62,127 nucleotides of DNA, from the NCBI GenBank assembly GCA_903838475.1, contig CAILYP010000218.1:1-62127 (forward strand), in the 5' to 3' direction. Positions 59,686 through 62,127 of this stretch are shown one piece after another. The stretch's first letter is position 1. Every line of letters begins with the position of its first letter. The position numbers and the translations under genes were made by a program. The stretch is from an uncultured Actinomycetes bacterium (GTDB lineage Bacteria > Actinomycetota > Actinomycetes > Nanopelagicales > Nanopelagicaceae). Below the pieces are notes generated by a model. That model did not search any database. It had not been told where the DNA came from and saw only the letters and a program-made list of their open reading frames with translations.

Positions 59686-60617
59686 CGATTGCACCAGACG
59701 GTCGCAAACTACTTCGCATCGAAGCGAGGAATGCATCAGTTCCCATTGAGCGTAAGCCGGAATGGATAAAGACGCGCGCCAACATGGGTCCGCAATACAC
59801 GCAACTTCGCTCCCTTGTAGCCAGAGAAGGACTTCACACAGTCTGCCAAGAAGCAGCCTGCCCAAATATTTTCGAATGCTGGGAAGACAAGGAAGCTACT
59901 TTCCTTATTGGTGGCGAGCGTTGTACTCGGCGATGCGATTTTTGCAATATCGATACTGGTAAGCCAGAACCTGTTGATATGGATGAACCACGTCGCGTTG
60001 CCGAATCAGTTCTTGCAATGGGTCTTAAGTATGCAACTATCACCGGAGTAACCAGAGACGACCTGGAAGATGAAGGCGTCTGGCTTTATTCAGAGACCAT
60101 TCGAAAAGTGCACGAATTGAACCCTGGAACAGGGGTCGAGATGTTGGCACCAGATTTCAGTGGAAAACCAGAACTTCTCAATGTTGTCTTCGAGTCTCGC
60201 CCGGAAGTGTTTGCACATAACCTCGAGACCGTTCCTCGAATATTCAAAGAAATACGCCCAGCCTTTCGCTACGACCGATCACTGGATGTCATCACGCAGG
60301 CACGAAACTTTGGTTTAATCACAAAATCAAATCTTATTTTGGGAATGGGTGAAGATCGTTCGGAAGTTTCGCAAGCACTTCAGGACCTTCATGATGCTGG
60401 ATGTGACTTGATTACTATTACGCAATACCTACGACCAACACCAATGCACCATCCAGTTATCCGTTGGGTAAAGCCAGAAGAATTTGTTGAGTTAGCTAAG
60501 GAAGCAGAAGATATTGGCTTCTCAGGCGTTATGAGTGGACCTCTTGTGCGATCGAGTTACCGCGCAGGTCGCCTTTATAAGCAGGCTCAAGAAAAACGCG
60601 CTCTTACTCATGGCTAA
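59682..60617 (+). CDS. lipA: lipoyl synthase LipA
   Basis: Auxiliary cluster motif [12 protein letters not shown] and radical SAM motif [12 protein letters not shown] overlap with lipB. Confidence 0.95.
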   Translation: MTIAPDGRKLLRIEARNASVPIERKPEWIKTRANMGPQYTQLRSLVAREGLHTVCQEAACPNIFECWEDKEATFLIGGERCTRRCDFCNIDTGKPEPVDMDEPRRVAESVLAMGLKYATITGVTRDDLEDEGVWLYSETIRKVHELNPGTGVEMLAPDFSGKPELLNVVFESRPEVFAHNLETVPRIFKEIRPAFRYDRSLDVITQARNFGLITKSNLILGMGEDRSEVSQALQDLHDAGCDLITITQYLRPTPMHHPVIRWVKPEEFVELAKEAEDIGFSGVMSGPLVRSSYRAGRLYKQAQEKRALTHG

Positions 60618-61413
60618 AAAAGTGGCTAAAAAAGTGGCTGAAACAACATACCCACCTGTCGTTTTAGCTTTTAAAACTGCTTGGAAAGTCTTGGGTATAA
60701 AGTTTAAAATTTTTGGGTCCGAGAACATCCCTGTGCAGGGCGGTGCGGTCATTGCAAGTAATCACATTAGCTATTTAGATTTTGCTCTTATTGGGACACC
60801 CGCCTCGAAGAAGAACCGATATATCCGGTTTATGGCCAAGAAGGAGATCTTCGATCATAAACTTGCGGGTCCACTAATGCGATCGATGAAACACATCAGC
60901 GTTGATCGCGAAAAAGGATCAAGCTCTTTGGTTGCCGCAATGCGTGCGCTCCGTGCTGGCGAAATTATCGGCATTTTTCCAGAAGCAACTATTTCTCTGA
61001 GCTGGGAAGTTAAGGAACTTAAATCTGGCGCAGTGCGCCTTGCCCAAGGGGCTGGGGTTCCGATTATTCCCGTAGCGCTCTGGGGTAGCCATCGAATTCT
61101 GACCAAAGCGCATAAGCCGAACCTGAAGCGCAATAAATTTCCTATCTATATCGCCTACGGAGCTCCTTACCTCGTGGAAAAAAACGCTGACATTATTGAA
61201 GAAGAAGCGCGACTCCATGAGAAAATTGCCGAACTCCTCCACTTAGTACAAGAGAATTACCCTGACTCCCCTGCGGGTCAATGGTGGGGTCCCAAGAGAT
61301 TGGGCGGCACTGCTCCTACAATCAAAGAAGCTGAAGTAATTAATGCTCGTCGGAAAGCCGAACGAGAAGCGCGCAAAAGCGGCGAAGCTGCTGCAAAGAA
61401 AGAGAGTGAATGA
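60610..61413 (+). CDS. 1-acyl-sn-glycerol-3-phosphate acyltransferase family protein
   Basis: HX4D motif NHISYLD and FPEATIS. Start trimmed to ATG 60610 ([13 protein letters not shown]...), overlapping the lipA stop by 8 nt. Confidence 0.85.
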   Translation: MAKKVAKKVAETTYPPVVLAFKTAWKVLGIKFKIFGSENIPVQGGAVIASNHISYLDFALIGTPASKKNRYIRFMAKKEIFDHKLAGPLMRSMKHISVDREKGSSSLVAAMRALRAGEIIGIFPEATISLSWEVKELKSGAVRLAQGAGVPIIPVALWGSHRILTKAHKPNLKRNKFPIYIAYGAPYLVEKNADIIEEEARLHEKIAELLHLVQENYPDSPAGQWWGPKRLGGTAPTIKEAEVINARRKAEREARKSGEAAAKKESE

Positions 61414-62057
61414 GAATGTTTGGACGCAATAAAAAGGATAAGCAGGCTAAAAAAGCAGACACTCCTAAGACAGGTGGTGGCCAACTTCAGGTAGTTCGCG
61501 ATGCTTTTGGTCTCGTTCGGAAAGAAAATCCAAGCGCGCTGCTTTACCTAGCCATAGCATTTATTGCCATGCTCATTCTGGGCGTTATTGTCGGAACCGT
61601 TGTGGGACATCCAATTTATTTTGGAATTCTTTTCATCCCAATCGGCCTCTTGGTTGCATTCTTTCTCTTTACTCGTTTTGCGAACTCCGCAGCCTTTGGG
61701 TCTATTGAAGGCCAACTCGGTGCAGGGGCAAGCGTCCTCATGGGTATCCGTAAGGGATTTACAACGACTCCCGCTGTAGTCGTAAATCGCTCTCAGGATA
61801 TGGTCCATCGCAGTATCGGACGATGTGGAATTGTGCTGGTGGGTGAAGGGGGCGTTGCGGTGCGACAGATGGTGAATGATGAGCGAAAGAAAGCTGAACG
61901 CTTCGTTCCTGGCGTGCCGGTTCATGAAATTTTTGTTGGTGATGGAGAAGGCCAAGTTTCAATTCGTAAACTTCAAAAAGCTATGAAGAAACTTCCGAAG
62001 AAACTTTCAGCTAACCAGCTTCGCGAAGTACGTGCTCGTCTAAAGGCAGTCGGTTGA
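61410..62057 (+). CDS. DUF4191 domain-containing membrane protein
   Basis: Basic N-terminus, two TM helices and a conserved C-terminal region (GRCGIVLVGEG). Same position as Mycobacterium Rv2219, after lipA. ATGA overlap with the upstream gene. Confidence 0.8.
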   Translation: MRMFGRNKKDKQAKKADTPKTGGGQLQVVRDAFGLVRKENPSALLYLAIAFIAMLILGVIVGTVVGHPIYFGILFIPIGLLVAFFLFTRFANSAAFGSIEGQLGAGASVLMGIRKGFTTTPAVVVNRSQDMVHRSIGRCGIVLVGEGGVAVRQMVNDERKKAERFVPGVPVHEIFVGDGEGQVSIRKLQKAMKKLPKKLSANQLREVRARLKAVG

Positions 62058-62120
62058 ATGGCTATGCCTATTCCAAAGGGTCCAATGCCTACTCGTGCGC
62101 CAAAAAACCCAGGCCGTTAA
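62058..62120 (+). CDS. possible 20-codon micro-ORF (MAMPIPKGPMPTRAPKNPGR)
   Basis: The ATG starts immediately after the TGA of the DUF4191 gene (TGAATG) and the ORF ends at TAA 62118-62120. No SD, no recognised family. Purely positional evidence. Confidence 0.15.
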   Translation: MAMPIPKGPMPTRAPKNPGR

Positions 62121-62127
62121 CTAACAC

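Noticed and set aside
60613-60642. 12-nt duplication GGCTAAAAAAGT x2.5 at the lipA/plsC junction
   Set aside because: It is real in the sequence and encodes the [10 protein letters not shown]-terminus of the acyltransferase. It is only a two-copy duplication in a basic N-terminal tail, with no evident regulatory significance beyond the 8-nt gene overlap.

Overview
This window is a densely packed, mostly housekeeping stretch of an actinobacterial chromosome. It joins two gene-order blocks that are conserved in Mycobacterium and Streptomyces. The first is aspS-hisS-relA-secFD-ruvBAC-yebC-pdxTS-pimA-patA-pgsA-HIT-thrS (1-21.5 kb, minus strand). The second is trpD-like/ctaE-qcrCAB/ctaFDC/adoK-like/erpA/nadA/.../gcvT/pepA/lpd/sucB/lipBA/DUF4191 (29.6-62 kb). 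Between them lie pabBC, a tRNA-Gly/Cys/Val cluster and a small accessory-looking cassette (23.4-29 kb). GC looks only moderate by eye. Spacers are tiny: start/stop overlaps, abutting convergent stops and convergent 3' overlaps are common. yajC and apt, which usually sit in this block, are absent. Together this points to a streamlined lineage (inference). One RNA element is clearly recognisable: a cobalamin riboswitch ahead of a BtuFCD-like ABC importer. I found no convincing new multi-gene system: no defence island, CRISPR array, prophage or transposon. The observations worth a second look are: (1) three intact ORFs whose family-defining catalytic motifs are gone (a TrpD-like protein in the trpD slot, a class-V cysteine-desulfurase-like protein without the PLP lysine, and a mini EF-G-like GTPase remnant); (2) an unclassified, switch-like structured leader ahead of an FAD oxidoreductase; (3) short 9-10 bp tandem repeats placed exactly at gene boundaries, two of which put stop codons in all frames on both strands; (4) a perfect 12-nt x 9 coding repeat in the E2 linker. 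All protein family calls come from reading the translations and recalling motifs, not from database searches.
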